DNA from: an uncultured Methanosarcinaceae archaeon
GTDB lineage: Archaea; Halobacteriota; Methanosarcinia; Methanosarcinales; Methanosarcinaceae
Direction: 5' to 3'
DNA: 64,000 nt
Assembly (NCBI GenBank): GCA_963833425.1
Contig: CAWHXP010000015.1
Span: forward strand, 134,817-198,816
Shown: positions 44,671 through 56,269 of the stretch, piece by piece
Layout of the letters: each line of letters opens with the position of its first letter
Position numbering within the stretch: the first letter of the stretch is position 1
Translations under genes and position numbers: made by a program
The notes under the pieces: generated by a model
What the model was told of the DNA's origin: nothing
Seen by the model: the letters and a program-made list of their open reading frames with translations, nothing else
Database searches by the model: none

Positions 44671-45603
44671 GTGTCTTTTAATATGAGAGATAAATCAAAA
44701 AAATACAAAATCCTTATAGTAGTTATAATTGGGCTTGTGTTTCTGGGCATTGGTTGTGCTGGGAAAAATGGTGAAAGTTCTTCCGTTGCTCAGAATAACT
44801 CTTCAGGCGGAACACCAGTCCAGGAAACTACTGCTGTAAAATCACAGAGCATTTCTGTGAAAGGTTCTGATACAATTCTGCCGCTTGCACAGGCTGAAGC
44901 TGAAAAATTTATCAATGAATCCAATGGGAAAAGCGTGTCAGTTACTGGAGGCGGAACAGGTGTTGGAATTGCAGCTCTAATTGACAAAGGAGTGGACATT
45001 GCCACTGCATCCAGAGAAATGACGGCTGACGAAGTCAAAAAAGCTAATGAAAATGAAATCAAACCAGTAAAGTATGTAATTGCTTATGACGGCATTACAG
45101 TAGTCGTAAATCCCAAGAATCCTATTTCAAAACTTACCTTCAACCAACTGCGAGGCATCTATAATGGAAGTATCAGTAACTGGAAACAAGTTGTTGGTGA
45201 GGACAGACCAATTTCTGCAATTTCTAGAGACAGCAGTTCTGGAACTTATGCAGACTTTAAGAAAGATGTTTTGTTAGGTGACGAATTCCGGCCTGATGCA
45301 CTTACCCAGGCTACTACGGGAGGAATAGTTACTGAAGTAGCGCAGAATCCAAATGCAATTGGCTACATAGGCTTCGCATACATCGATAACAGCATAAAGG
45401 TCTTAAGCCTGGACAAAGGAAATGGTTCCGTATTGCCAAATACTCAAAGCATTTTAAGTGGTACATACCCACTTTCCAGATCTCTTTACTTCTATACAAA
45501 TGGTGAACCTGCAGGGCTCACAAAAGAATTCACTGACTTTGTGTTGAGCGAAAAAGGGCAGAACATTGTGAGTAAAGTTGGATTCATCCCGGTGAAAAAG
45601 TAA
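44671..45603 (+). CDS. pstS: Phosphate ABC transporter substrate-binding lipoprotein
   Basis: IGC lipobox, KGSDT, GGGTGVG, ASR, AYDGI, RDSSSGT and YPLSR.L motifs. Confidence 0.92.
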   Translation: MSFNMRDKSKKYKILIVVIIGLVFLGIGCAGKNGESSSVAQNNSSGGTPVQETTAVKSQSISVKGSDTILPLAQAEAEKFINESNGKSVSVTGGGTGVGIAALIDKGVDIATASREMTADEVKKANENEIKPVKYVIAYDGITVVVNPKNPISKLTFNQLRGIYNGSISNWKQVVGEDRPISAISRDSSSGTYADFKKDVLLGDEFRPDALTQATTGGIVTEVAQNPNAIGYIGFAYIDNSIKVLSLDKGNGSVLPNTQSILSGTYPLSRSLYFYTNGEPAGLTKEFTDFVLSEKGQNIVSKVGFIPVKK

Positions 45604-47114
45604 GAGTTTAGAAGAACAATTATAAGGAAAATATATTGACAGCAATTGTGAGAGAACGATTCGCAATCATTGTCCTTACAGTCATTATACCTTTCCTTAT
45701 CTGCATTTTTTTGTGGCATATAACAAAATTATTTATTCACTCCCAAGATAGCTGAATAGTTTTAATTTTTTAAAAAATGCCTAAAATTAAAAACCAGTTA
45801 TTATGCAGTGAACTCGGGAGTGATAGAAATTGCATTGCAATTCTGAACGCTGATAAAATTTACTATATCATAAAGGAAACTAAAGTAGCCTCTAAATTGT
45901 ATCATACTCTTATAAATAGTATATAAATGACTGTGAAAATCAGAGATCTGCCAGAATTTTTTTAAAATGTCTTGACAATATAAGAGAAAACAAAAAAGAA
46001 AAAGAGTCATATAGCAAATTAAAATATTTGATTTGGGATCATTTATTTATAGCCCAACAGTGGCATCGATATATACAATTGCTTGCAGAGGAGCACTCGA
46101 TCTCAATTTTCATTGATTTTTAATAAACCAAATCTTTGGAATTTTGTGCACCCGATGGGAATTTTTAAATTTTATCAAAATATTTTTATATTTTTCAGTA
46201 ATTTTTATGAGACATCTTTTAAATTCCTGTTTCCTTTTTTCTAAGGACTATGTATTATATTAGTATTAGGCTATAACTATTTAGAGTACATAAAAAACAT
46301 ATCATAAATTATATCTCGCAATAAGTCAATTATAAAATACTTTTAAACAAAAACCTCCTACTGGCTGCAGGATATCTTCACTTGCAGCTCACAAGATTAA
46401 CTTTGAGACATTTCCATTCATTGATGACTACAAAAAGTCTCAAGGATTTCGCAAAGATAGCAGTATATAAGTAAAAATGCCTTCAAAGTTCAGGTAGTAA
46501 AAGACCCGAATCCAGGACCATGATAATATGATCGTTTTAATTCAAATTTGATACAAGACAAACAAAAATTTTGAAGTAAAGAAAAGAGGTTACTTCATCA
46601 ATGAAATTAAAAAGCTAACTTTAGTGAAGGTAAAATTGAATAGGCTGAGCATAGGGAATAAACCTATCTGACGCAAGAAAATGCCTTAAATCACTCCATA
46701 ACCATTCAAGATTGAATAAAAAAGGAAAAAATTCAAAATCAGGAGATCGTTTACGTTTTCTCAACATATTCCAAGATATAATACAGACCAGGTTCGAAAA
46801 ATTCTGCGGCGCTTTAATGATGCTTCTGAAGCTAGAAACTGTCAAGTTTGCAATGTAGATTTTGGAAAGACGTTTACTTGAAGAATACGGCAGATGTGAA
46901 TATAGAAAAATTACTGCAGTTTCAGAAATAAAAACGAAAATTTTGAGTCAATAGTTGATGATATAGATGGAATTAAAAAAGAAATTTAGCGAAGTTTGCT
47001 CTTGTTAGAGAAAGGAATGAGCAATCAATTTTTAAATGTTTTCATCGAACTCGACCTATTTTTACTAGAAGATTTCTGCTCTTGATTTTATTCTGTGCAT
47101 GATTGTAGCCGAAG

Positions 47115-47510
47115 TTACCAAAATCGCCACCAAGGCTTCTTCACTCCTATTGATTCGATTTGCTTTTGGGTAATCAATGTCTGCATTTGCATCATGTAAT
47201 TTCTATGCGTTTCTTGACTATTCTCAATATCTCTTTTCAATGTTTCGATATGTTTTTCCTTTTCCTCTATTTGTTTATCTTTTTCTTCGATCCTTGCCTT
47301 CAATTCTAAATTTTCAGCAGATCCCTTTGTGCCCTGTGAGATCCCTTCGAGATCCCCCTGAGATCTAGTAGAATTACCCAGTAATAACTCAATGGCTTTA
47401 GTCATTGCAAGCTTTGGACTAGTATATCCTGCTGCCTCTATTTGCTCCCAGGTAGACATTGATATCCAACAGCATTGAATCTTTTTAAGTCCTCTGTGGT
47501 CATCTGTCAT
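47115..47510 (-). CDS. Hypothetical coiled-coil protein ending KKPWWRFW
   Basis: Heptad-rich ARIEEKDKQIEEKEKHIETLK segment and amphipathic WW tail. Confidence 0.7.
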   Translation of the reverse strand: MTDDHRGLKKIQCCWISMSTWEQIEAAGYTSPKLAMTKAIELLLGNSTRSQGDLEGISQGTKGSAENLELKARIEEKDKQIEEKEKHIETLKRDIENSQETHRNYMMQMQTLITQKQIESIGVKKPWWRFW

Positions 47511-47939
47511 ACATTCCCGATTAATCCCACTATATTCAAATGTGATGATTTGGATCCCAAAAATATATAATTTATTATATACTCAAAAATTTATGATAAT
47601 CAATGTGGTGTTCCCAATTGTAAATGATATCGCAAATTTGCTGTAAATTAAAAAATTTTCATGCGTAAATAAAGTTTATTCAAACAATATTATAAAACAA
47701 TGTTAATATAAATTTATTGTTTGATGTTAAAATGTCTTACGGGAAAATAAGTTTTATTCAGAAACTATTTTTCTTATAATCAATTTAAAATAACTCATTG
47801 AACTCAGTAAGTATTGCAGTCAATCGAAATTTGTTAGTGTACAGAAAAGATATCAACCAACTAATTTTTCGTAGCTTGAATGGTTGCCAAAAACAAGTTC
47901 CACATAATCATTAATTTTAGTCAAAAAGGAGTGAATTGC

Positions 47940-48060
47940 ATGTTGAAACAATCATTTAGCAGAATAAAAAAGGTACTGACTATTTCGCTTGCAGCCCTAT
48001 TTGTAGTAGCATTAACAGCCACGTCAGTGAGCGCTAGTTTAGTTACAGAACAGTCAGTGG
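47940..48060 (+). CDS. N-terminus of small secreted archaeal protein, truncated at junction
   Basis: GGAGTG RBS; MLKQSFSRIKKVLTISLAALFVVALTATSVSA signal peptide, then an abrupt change in sequence character. Confidence 0.55.
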
Positions 48061-48064
48061 TAGC

Positions 48065-48142
48065 GGGCACGATGCGGCGAAGGAGCTGGGGATTTCGGAA
48101 AGGACGTTGTACAGGAAAATAAAGGAATACGACCTTGAGTAA
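48065..48142 (+). CDS. C-terminal Fis-type HTH of a bacterial sigma54 activator (5' truncated)
   Basis: Translates HDAAKELGISERTLYRKIKEYDLE*. Confidence 0.8.
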   Translation, partial: GHDAAKELGISERTLYRKIKEYDLE

Positions 48143-48158
48143 GTAAAATGGCAAAATA

Positions 48159-48465
48159 GCGGACGAGCGGACAGGCGGACGAGCGGATAAGAGTATCAGA
48201 GGTCAAAAGGCGGACAAGCGGACAGTTGGACGGGCTGCAGGCAGCAGTCGGCAATCAACTTCAAGCTCCATCTTCCATTCTCTATCCTCTATTTTCCAAT
48301 TTACATTCTTTTTCTTCTGAATTCCTGCATTTCTGCATTCTGAATTCCTGCATTTTCCGCCTTCCGTTCTCTGACTTCTGCAATTCCGGCGCCACGGATG
48401 AGATGGGTCAGGGGGATAGGTTATCACACTTTTGCCATTTTACCATCTTACCATTTTGCCATTTA
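48159..48465. repeat. Low-complexity short tandem repeats (GCGGACGA, TTCTGCAT, TTTGCCAT types)
   Basis: Visible ~8-bp periodic runs between convergent bacterial genes. Confidence 0.6.
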
Positions 48466-50015
48466 TTTATTCACTACAATCTTTCTCGCCACCTGGTTCT
48501 GGCTGGTTTTAAGGATCACCGTATAAACTCCACTTGCCACAGGTTTCAGGTCAATTACCTTTTGGAGTGATCCGGGTACTTTTACATTTGTTTCTTGGTA
48601 GATATTGACTCCAAGGGTGTTGTAAATGGTGATGGTGAAAGTTTCTTCTGAGGAGGTGGTGATTGTAATATTAAATTTGCCGTCGTTGGGGACCGGATAT
48701 ATGTTGATAACAGGTGAAGAGTGGAAATTGATGCCAAGATAGCTAATAAATATATGGAACGATGTATCGGAAGAACAGCCGTTCAGGGTAACCATATCCC
48801 AGTACCAACCAATCTAAGTCATAACATAAATCTGGCCGGTAGCACCTGGAATCAGATTACCTTCGAAGTACCACTGGTTTCCTGCAGGAGCACTACTGTG
48901 GAGGCTGTCCCCTTCAATGTTAACAACCGGTGTTGGAGGAACAGGATTCACTGTTACAGAGAAGTTTGGGGAAACGGGTCCGTTTCCACAAGAATTGCTG
49001 CCGTAAACGGTAATATTCCCTGAAACTGCAGTAGTGCTATAATCAACTGTTATAGAGTCGGAATTTGAGCCGCTTCCTGCTGTAGCGCCTGTGGGGAGTG
49101 TCCAGATATAACCAGTGGCGCCATATATTGGAGGAAATTTATAAACTTTGCCGGAAGAGCCCTGGCATACCGAATCGGGCCCGGTGATGTTTCCTGCGGC
49201 AGCGGGCAATTGAGTAACTGTTACGCTAAATGGTGGCGAATCCTGGCCATCGCCGCAAATGTTGTTACCCCAGACAAAAACATCACCACTGGAGGCATTG
49301 GCTGCAAAGTTCACCGTTATTGAGTTTGTTCCTGCACCGGAGGCGATTGTGACATTTGGCGGTAAAGCCCAGACATAAGTGGTGGTGTTCGGGATCGGAT
49401 AAACAGAATAAGCTACGCCAGTGGCTCCGGCACAGACGTTGGCAGTTCCGGTAATAGATCCAGCTGCACCCGGCAATGGATTGATCGTAACATTCAGTAC
49501 AGTAGGTGATATTGGATTACAACCTGCACCGCTTGTATAGGTGACACTTACCGTTTGCGGGCCGGCCATGATCCAGGAGACCTGGATCTGGTTGGTGCCG
49601 GAACCATAGTTTATAATTCCACCTAAAGAAACTGTCCATATATAATTTTGCATTCCGGCTTCAGTCGTATAGTTGTAATAGCCTGAATTGACGCACATGC
49701 TGGTTTGACCGGTAATGGTTGGAACTGGCAAGTGGATTGACTGTAACAATGTTATACACGTAGGTGTTAAAGCGGTGCAGCCATTGGCGTTCGTGTAGTT
49801 CACGCTTACTGTTTGAGAGCCTGCAGTATTCCATGTGACGGTGACGGAACTGCTGGTTGAAGTGCCTCCCGCCGTGATCATGCCTCCAGAAGAAACTACC
49901 AACTGTAGTTAGTCATGCCTGACTGCGTTGTATAGACATTTCCTGTTGATGATGCACAAACCGGTGACGGGCCTGCCAAAGCAGGTACCGGCAATGCATT
50001 GACAGTAATGGGGTA
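48463..50015 (-). CDS. Bacteroidota T9SS cargo protein (PKD/Ig-like repeats plus Por C-terminal sorting domain), 5' truncated and frameshifted
   Basis: ITG...VC..Y..W repeats across ORFs 48814-49902 and the tail of 49896-51083; CTD IYPVPNDG.F..IYN.LG..GVY.V...RKIVVNK. Confidence 0.8.
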
Positions 50016-51083
50016 TAGGCCACAGGTAATGCTGGAGCATGGAGAGCGCATCCGGATCGATATCGTCCATCGGCTTCTGGAACATTTGCCCATACTGGCG
50101 CAAAAAATGCCGGGCGATACCGGGATATCCTCGGGATGCTCACGAAGAGAGGGCGATTCGACCCGCATCACGTTGATACGGTAGAAGAGATCCTGGCGGA
50201 ACTTTCCTTCGGCCACCAGCTTGGATAGATCCTGGTGCGTGGCGAAGACCAGGCGTGCCTTCAGAGGGATAAGACGAGTGCTGCCAAGGCGGCTGAACTC
50301 CATCTGCTGCAAAACGCGCAGCAGCTTGACCTGGGTAAAGAGGCTCAGGTCGCCAATCTCATCTAAAAACAGCGTGCCGTCGGCGGCCTGCTCGAAGTAA
50401 CCCTCGCGCGATCCGACCGTCCCGGTATAGGCGCCTTTCTCATGGCCAAACAACTCGGCCTCAATCAAAGTCTCTGGAATGGCTCCACAAGAGACGGCCA
50501 CAAATGGCTTGGCAGCACGCGAACCCAGATTGTGGATGGCCCGCGCAATCAACTCTTTGCCGGTTCCGCTTTCGCCGGTGACCAGCACGGCGGCATTCAG
50601 ATTGGTAACGCGATGCACCAATTGATAAACCCGCTGCATCTGGGGGCTGGCGCCAATCAGCTTGTCGCAACTGGCGGGAACATCCAACTGCTGCTGCACC
50701 GTCTCCAGTTGCTGCCGAAGCGTGGAGTTCTCATACGCCCGGCATAGCATCGTCTTGAGATCGCGAATCGAAGGCGGCCGACGGCAGTACCCGAAGGCTC
50801 CGGTGCGGACTAATTCAAAAGCCGTGGAGCGCAGGCCGTCATCGGCCATAATCACAGCGGGAACGCGGGTGGCGATCAGGCGCTGGGTGCATCCGATGCG
50901 CTCCTGCAGTGAATCATGATTCGAATGCAAGTCAAGAATCATGACATCGCAGTCACCGGCGGCCCGCATGACTCGCATCCCGTCCTCATCGGACTCCAAT
51001 AGGACTTCAAACTCGTTACCGAGAGCGGACGCAAGAAGGGTGTGGAGCGTGCGGTCTTCCGAATATAGCCCGACTTTGATCAT
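50016..51083 (-). CDS. Sigma54-dependent response regulator (NtrC-like), 3' truncated
   Basis: Receiver domain, GESGTGKE, GAYTGT (GAFTGA variant), LFLDEIG and FRQDLFYR; breaks off at HYLWP. Confidence 0.88.
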
Positions 51084-51785
51084 TGATCGACCTGCTCCAG
51101 ACAGTATGCGCTACCCACCCTTAATCGTGAAAGTAGCGGCACTCCTCTTACGGTATCAGTGACGGAGCGCCAACAGCGCATCGAATCCCCAGAGCGAATA
51201 TAGCTCGCAGAGCCTGACTCCGTGCAATGATGCTAATGACAAATCAATTGCGTGTCGATCTTACTTTAGTAACTCATCTCCGTTATTAGGCCCCGTGTCC
51301 CCTTGTCAAAAAATGGGACAAACAGGAGAACGCTCACACGGAATCGCATACAACCCGCAATCCGCGAGAAGACATATTTCATCTATCTGTTTGTTATCTG
51401 TATCTTGCGGGCGTCTTCCGATCTTTGTCAAAAAGTTAACAGGATGAATAGCGGCTGATTGGCCGTAATATACTGCCGCATATCCGGCGCGTCAGTAAGA
51501 ATATCCGGCATACAGGTAACTTTTTCAGGGGTACTTAATAATTTGGTTCTGGGCTCTCAAATTCGACGAATCCATGCCGATTGAAGCCTGTTTTGCACAT
51601 CTTTCTGTTGAAAGCGCGATGAGGAGCGCGCGAAAAGCTTTACGGAACGGGTGTATACCCTGCGCTTCACCGGAGAGAAACCCCGCCGTAAACATCTGTC
51701 TACACATTTCCGATCCGCTCAGGTCGACTATCCAATATTCAGTCACTTTTGGCTTAAATCGAGACATTTTTGACTTTAGAAACTT

Positions 51786-51801
51786 TGGTCAGGGAATTGC
51801 A
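51786..51801 (+). promoter_or_regulatory. Putative sigma54 (-24/-12) promoter of the cpa/tad operon
   Basis: TGGTCAGGGAATTGCA has GG-N10-GC spacing and lies ~70 bp before the prepilin peptidase ATG. Confidence 0.5.
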
Positions 51802-51869
51802 ACAAGGCTATTGCAACAGCAATTATCCGTCTCTCCCTGAAGCTGGGAGACGAGAAGGGAGGACTGAGA

Positions 51870-52475
51870 ATGCACTGGTTAGCGTGGTGGCCGACAATGA
51901 TAGTTCTCTGTGTGGCAACGATCACAGATCTGCGCAGCCGCCGCATCCCAAACTGGCTTGTCCTTCCTTTTCTTGCAACTGGGATATTGGTCTCCCCTTG
52001 GCGTGTGGACTGGACAGAAGTGCACAAGAAGCTCTGGATACCAAGAGATTGGTCCAGTTTTCGTCAGGGCATTTGGCCGGGAAGCGGCTCCGGATTTAAT
52101 TGGCACGGATTGGAACAGAGCCTGGGAGGCGCGGGGCTTGGCTTTTTGTTATTCGGTATTCTCTATTGGAAGTTTGGCATGGGGGCTGGCGATGTGAAGC
52201 TCGCCGCCGCGATCGGGGCCTGGATTGGCCCGGAACAGTTGATGTTTGCGCTCTTTTTTACCAGTCTGGCAGGAGGAATCATCGTGCTGGGCTGGATGGC
52301 CTACCTCAAGATTTTCAAGAATCTGGCGCAGAGCACGGCAGATCTGATCTTGGGACGGAAGAAGATGGAGATGCAAGGCAATCCGGAGAATTCTGTAGCC
52401 TCATTGCTGAAGCGCTCGATTCCATATGCTCCAGCCATCGCAGTGGGTACGTTCATGTCTTTTTTCGCTTATTAA
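51870..52475 (+). CDS. cpaA: Prepilin peptidase (A24; CpaA/TadV)
   Basis: TDLRSRRIPN, MGAGDVKL and IPYAPAI motifs. Confidence 0.9.
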   Translation: MHWLAWWPTMIVLCVATITDLRSRRIPNWLVLPFLATGILVSPWRVDWTEVHKKLWIPRDWSSFRQGIWPGSGSGFNWHGLEQSLGGAGLGFLLFGILYWKFGMGAGDVKLAAAIGAWIGPEQLMFALFFTSLAGGIIVLGWMAYLKIFKNLAQSTADLILGRKKMEMQGNPENSVASLLKRSIPYAPAIAVGTFMSFFAY

Positions 52476-52493
52476 GCCTTGGGGGCCAGTAGT

Positions 52494-55400
52494 ATGACCG
52501 AATCATCCTCGACCTATCATTCTTACGAAGAACGGCAAGACAAGTCTAGCGCGTCAGGGGGTAAAAAACCCGTGAATTCAGACACATCTCAGTATCTCGA
52601 CGATCAGTACCCGGATTCTCTTGGCGCAGATCTTCTATCGATTGCGCTGATCGGCCCGGACGAAGGACGCCGCAAGGCGGCAGCCACCGCTCTGGCCGGA
52701 TGCCAAGGTGGGGAGATCCGCGAATTCTCCACTTATCCGCCCAGCCTGGACGATGTACCCAAGCTGCTGGAGCAGCGGTACGACGTCATCATCATCGACT
52801 TGGACAGCATGCCCGAATATGCCCTGGAGCTGGTGGAGAGCATCTGCGCCAACGGGACGGCAACGGTGATGGTTTACTCGGTGAAGGCCGATTCGGAGTT
52901 GCTGGTCCGCTGCATGAGAGCTGGCGCACGCGAGTTCCTCACCTTGCCCTTCACGCACAGCACCATGGCCGAAGCGCTGGTGCGGGCTTCGGCCCGGCGT
53001 CCATCGGCACGCCCCTCAAAGAAGACCGGCGGCAGGCTGATGGCCTTCCTCGGCGCCAAGGGCGGTGACGGCGTGACCACGCTGGCCTGCAACTTTGCCG
53101 TTTCCATGGCCAAGGAGTCGGGCCAAAGCACGCTGCTGATCGATCTTGATCTGCCGCTGGGCGATGCCGCGCTGAATCTGGGCGTGGTGGCAGAGTACTC
53201 GACGATCAATGCGCTGCAGAATGCTGCCCGGCTGGACTCAGCCTTTCTTTCCAAGCTGCTGGTCAAGCACAGCTCGGGCGTTTCGGTGCTGGCCGCGCCG
53301 GGCAAGTTTCCGCAGTTCCCTGCCACCAATGATGCGATTGACAGGCTGCTCGCCGTGGCGCGGCAGGACTTTGACAATGTTGTCATCGACATGGGTTCCC
53401 GGCTGGATCTGATGGGGACCAGCCTCTTCAAGGATGGCTCCACGGTTTACCTGGTCATCCAGGCGGGCATTGCCGGATTGCGCAACTCGAATCGCCTGAT
53501 CTCGCAGTACTTCGCGACGGGAATTCCCAAGCTGGAGATCGTGCTCAACCGCTATGAGCCGCGCACTATCGGCGTGGCTGAGGATCAGATCACCAAGGCG
53601 CTGACGCGGCCGGCGCAGTGGAAGATTCCCAACGATTATGCCGCAGTGCGGCGTATGCAGACCACGGCCATTCCGCTGGCGCTGGAAGATTCGCCAATCT
53701 CCCGGCTGATCCGGCAGATGACCCGCACGGCTGCGGGAATGCCGAATGTTCAGGAGAAGAAGGCCGGATTCAGCCTCAAGAGCCTCAGCCGCAGCTTTTC
53801 GGGCAGGTCGACAACTGCCCGAAGAAAGTTCCAGCTTCACGCAGCTTGGCCTGGCGTCAGGGCCAGATCATCCTGTCGCAGCACGGCCTGTGAAGGATAC
53901 GGAAACGCCGGTGGCGGCGAAGTCCGCCTATGCCGCGCCCGTTCAGCCGCCGCCTGCTGCGTCCGCGCCGTATGCGCCACAGGAGATCGTGGACCGTCCT
54001 GCTCAGCCCAAGCGGCCCGCACCGAGCGCGCCTGTGCCCGCCCCCGTCAAGCAGCAGGGTCCGCTCGAAACGCGCACCTACAAGGGTGCCACATACGTGA
54101 AGGGCACGGACGGTGAATGGCACATCCAGCAGGCTCCATCCAGCCGGTTCATGAACCCGTCGCCGCCGCGCCGATCCCCCCTCCACCAGCCCCGATCAGG
54201 GCGGTTGCACGGGAGACACCCGTTGAAAAGGAAACGCCTGTGGAAAAGGAGACACCGGCGGTCGCGTGGTCGACACCCGCGGCGATCACCTATGGCACTC
54301 CGCTGACCACCACGCAACTCCGGGCCATGGCGTCGGTTCCCGGAAAGTTTGCCTACACGCCAAGCATTGGCGAGATGCTCCCGGCGGGTACGCATACGCT
54401 TTCGGTTGCCTTCACGCCCAATGATTCCGCCGGTTACACGACGGCACAGGCCACCGTTACGCTAATCGTCACCAAAGCCACGCCGGCGATTATCTGGCCT
54501 GCGCCGGCGCCGATTCACTACGGCGCTCCGCTCAGCGCCGGGCAATTCAACGCCTCGGCCTCGATTCCGGGAAAATTTGCATATACGCCAGCCGTTGGTG
54601 AGGTGCTTTCGGCGGGAACGCATACCCTTTCGGTCACTTTTACTCCAGCCGACTCCGAGGGCTACTCAACAGCCCAGGCTACCGTCTCGCTGACCGTCAC
54701 CAAGGCCACTCCGACTATCGCATGGCCCACGCCAGCGCCGATCGTCTACGGCACCGCGCTCAGTGCCTCTCATCTCAATGCCGAGGCAACGGTTCCAGGG
54801 CTAAGTTTCACCTACACTCCCGCCGTCGGTACGGTGTTGTCCGCCGGCGTCCAGACACTTTCGGTGGTCTTCACACCGGCCGACTCGACGAATTTCGCCT
54901 CGGCGCAGGGCACGGTTTCCCTGACCGTCACCAAGGCAACGTCGACGGTTTCCTGGCCCAAGCCCGAGCCGATCGTTTATGGAACCGCACTCAGCGCCAC
55001 GCAACTCAACGCCACTTCGCCGGCTCCCGGCAAATTCACGTATATTCCTTCCGTCGGTGCTGTCCTGGCGGCAGGAACGCATACGCCTACCGTGACCTTT
55101 ATTCCGGCTGACGCCACGAACTATAATCCGGTGCAAACCGCCATTACACTGACGGTCACCAAGGCGACGCCAATCATCACCTGGCCCGCGCAGGCCTCCA
55201 TCACCTATGGCGATGCGCTCAGCGCTACACAGCTCAATGCCACGGCATCGGTTCCCGGCAAGTTTGTATACTCGCCGGCCGCGGGCGAAATTCTATCGGC
55301 AGGAACGCACACTCTGTCTGTGCTCTTTACACCGACAGACAGCGCGGACTACGCCTCGGTGCAGAGTTGTGTCTCGCTGACGGTGACCAAGGCCAAGCCA

Positions 55401-56269
55401 ACGGTGATCATGTGGCCTACACCCGCTTCGATCACTCAAGGCAAGCCGCTCAGCGCCGAGCAGTTGAATGCAACGGCGCCGGTTCCCGGCAAATTTGTCT
55501 ACACACCAGCGGAAGGCGAAGTGCTTTCAGCAGGAACGCATACGCTGTCCGTGCTCTTCACGCCGGCCGACAGCAACTTCCCTCCTGCCCAAGCGGCCGT
55601 CTCGCTGACCGTTTCCAAGGCTACACCCACAATCACATGGTCAACGCCAGCCCCCATCTCGTACGGCACCACGCTCGGCGCAGGCCAGCTTAACGCGAAA
55701 GCGTCGGTTCCGGGCAGCTTTGTCTACTCTCCAGCGGCGGGCGAAGTGCTTCCCGCAGGAACGCACACGCTGACGGCAACCTTCACTCCAGGGACACTGC
55801 GGATGTTGCTACCGCGCAGGCCGAGGTTTCGCTGACTGTCACCAAGGCGACTCCTATCATCACCTGGCCAGCGCCTGCCGCCATCTCATACGGCACTTCA
55901 CTCAGCGCCACGCAATTCAATGCCACGGCGCTGGTTCCCGGATCCTTCGTTTATACTCCTGCTGCCGGCAACGTGCTGACAGCGGGCACGCAAAGACTTT
56001 CAGTAACCTTTATCCCCAAGGACACAGAGGACTACACCTCCGCTCAAGCCACGGTTTCGCTGGTCGTGGAAGGGTTGCCGAATATCGCAAGCCTCATGCC
56101 GGCGACGATCGAAAGCGATGCAGATTACAATGAACTCGCCGATGCAAAGCAGGGAGTGCAGCCCAGCGGCAGCACATCTGAGCAGCAGGGCAAACTTGAA
56201 ACACGCACTTACAAAGGTGCTACTTACGTGAAGGGAGCCGATGGACAATGGTACCTCCAGAAGAAATAG
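52494..56269 (+). CDS. cpaE: CpaE/TadZ (receiver-like plus MinD-type ATPase) apparently fused to a Pro-rich linker and eight Ig-like repeats; three frameshifts
   Basis: MRAGAREFL, GAKGGDGVTT, LIDLD and VLNR motifs; continues through ORFs 53746, 54117 and 55973 via shifts near 53815, 54140 and 55790. Confidence 0.7.
54252..56068 (+). repeat. Eight ~76-aa coding repeats (TP.I.WP.PA.I.YG..LSA.QLNA..VPG.F.Y.P..G..L.AGT.TLSV.FTP.D)
   Basis: Counted directly in the translations (seven in ORF 54117, the eighth after the shift). Confidence 0.9.

Noticed and set aside
1..48060. Pyrrolysine (UAG) read-through genes
   Set aside because: No ORF pair separated by a single in-frame TAG with continuing homology was seen; the interrupted genes have TGA/TAA stops and indels.
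49896..51083. Novel NtrC-PKD fusion protein
   Set aside because: Produced by a frameshift plus the junction at ~50015 between unrelated fragments.
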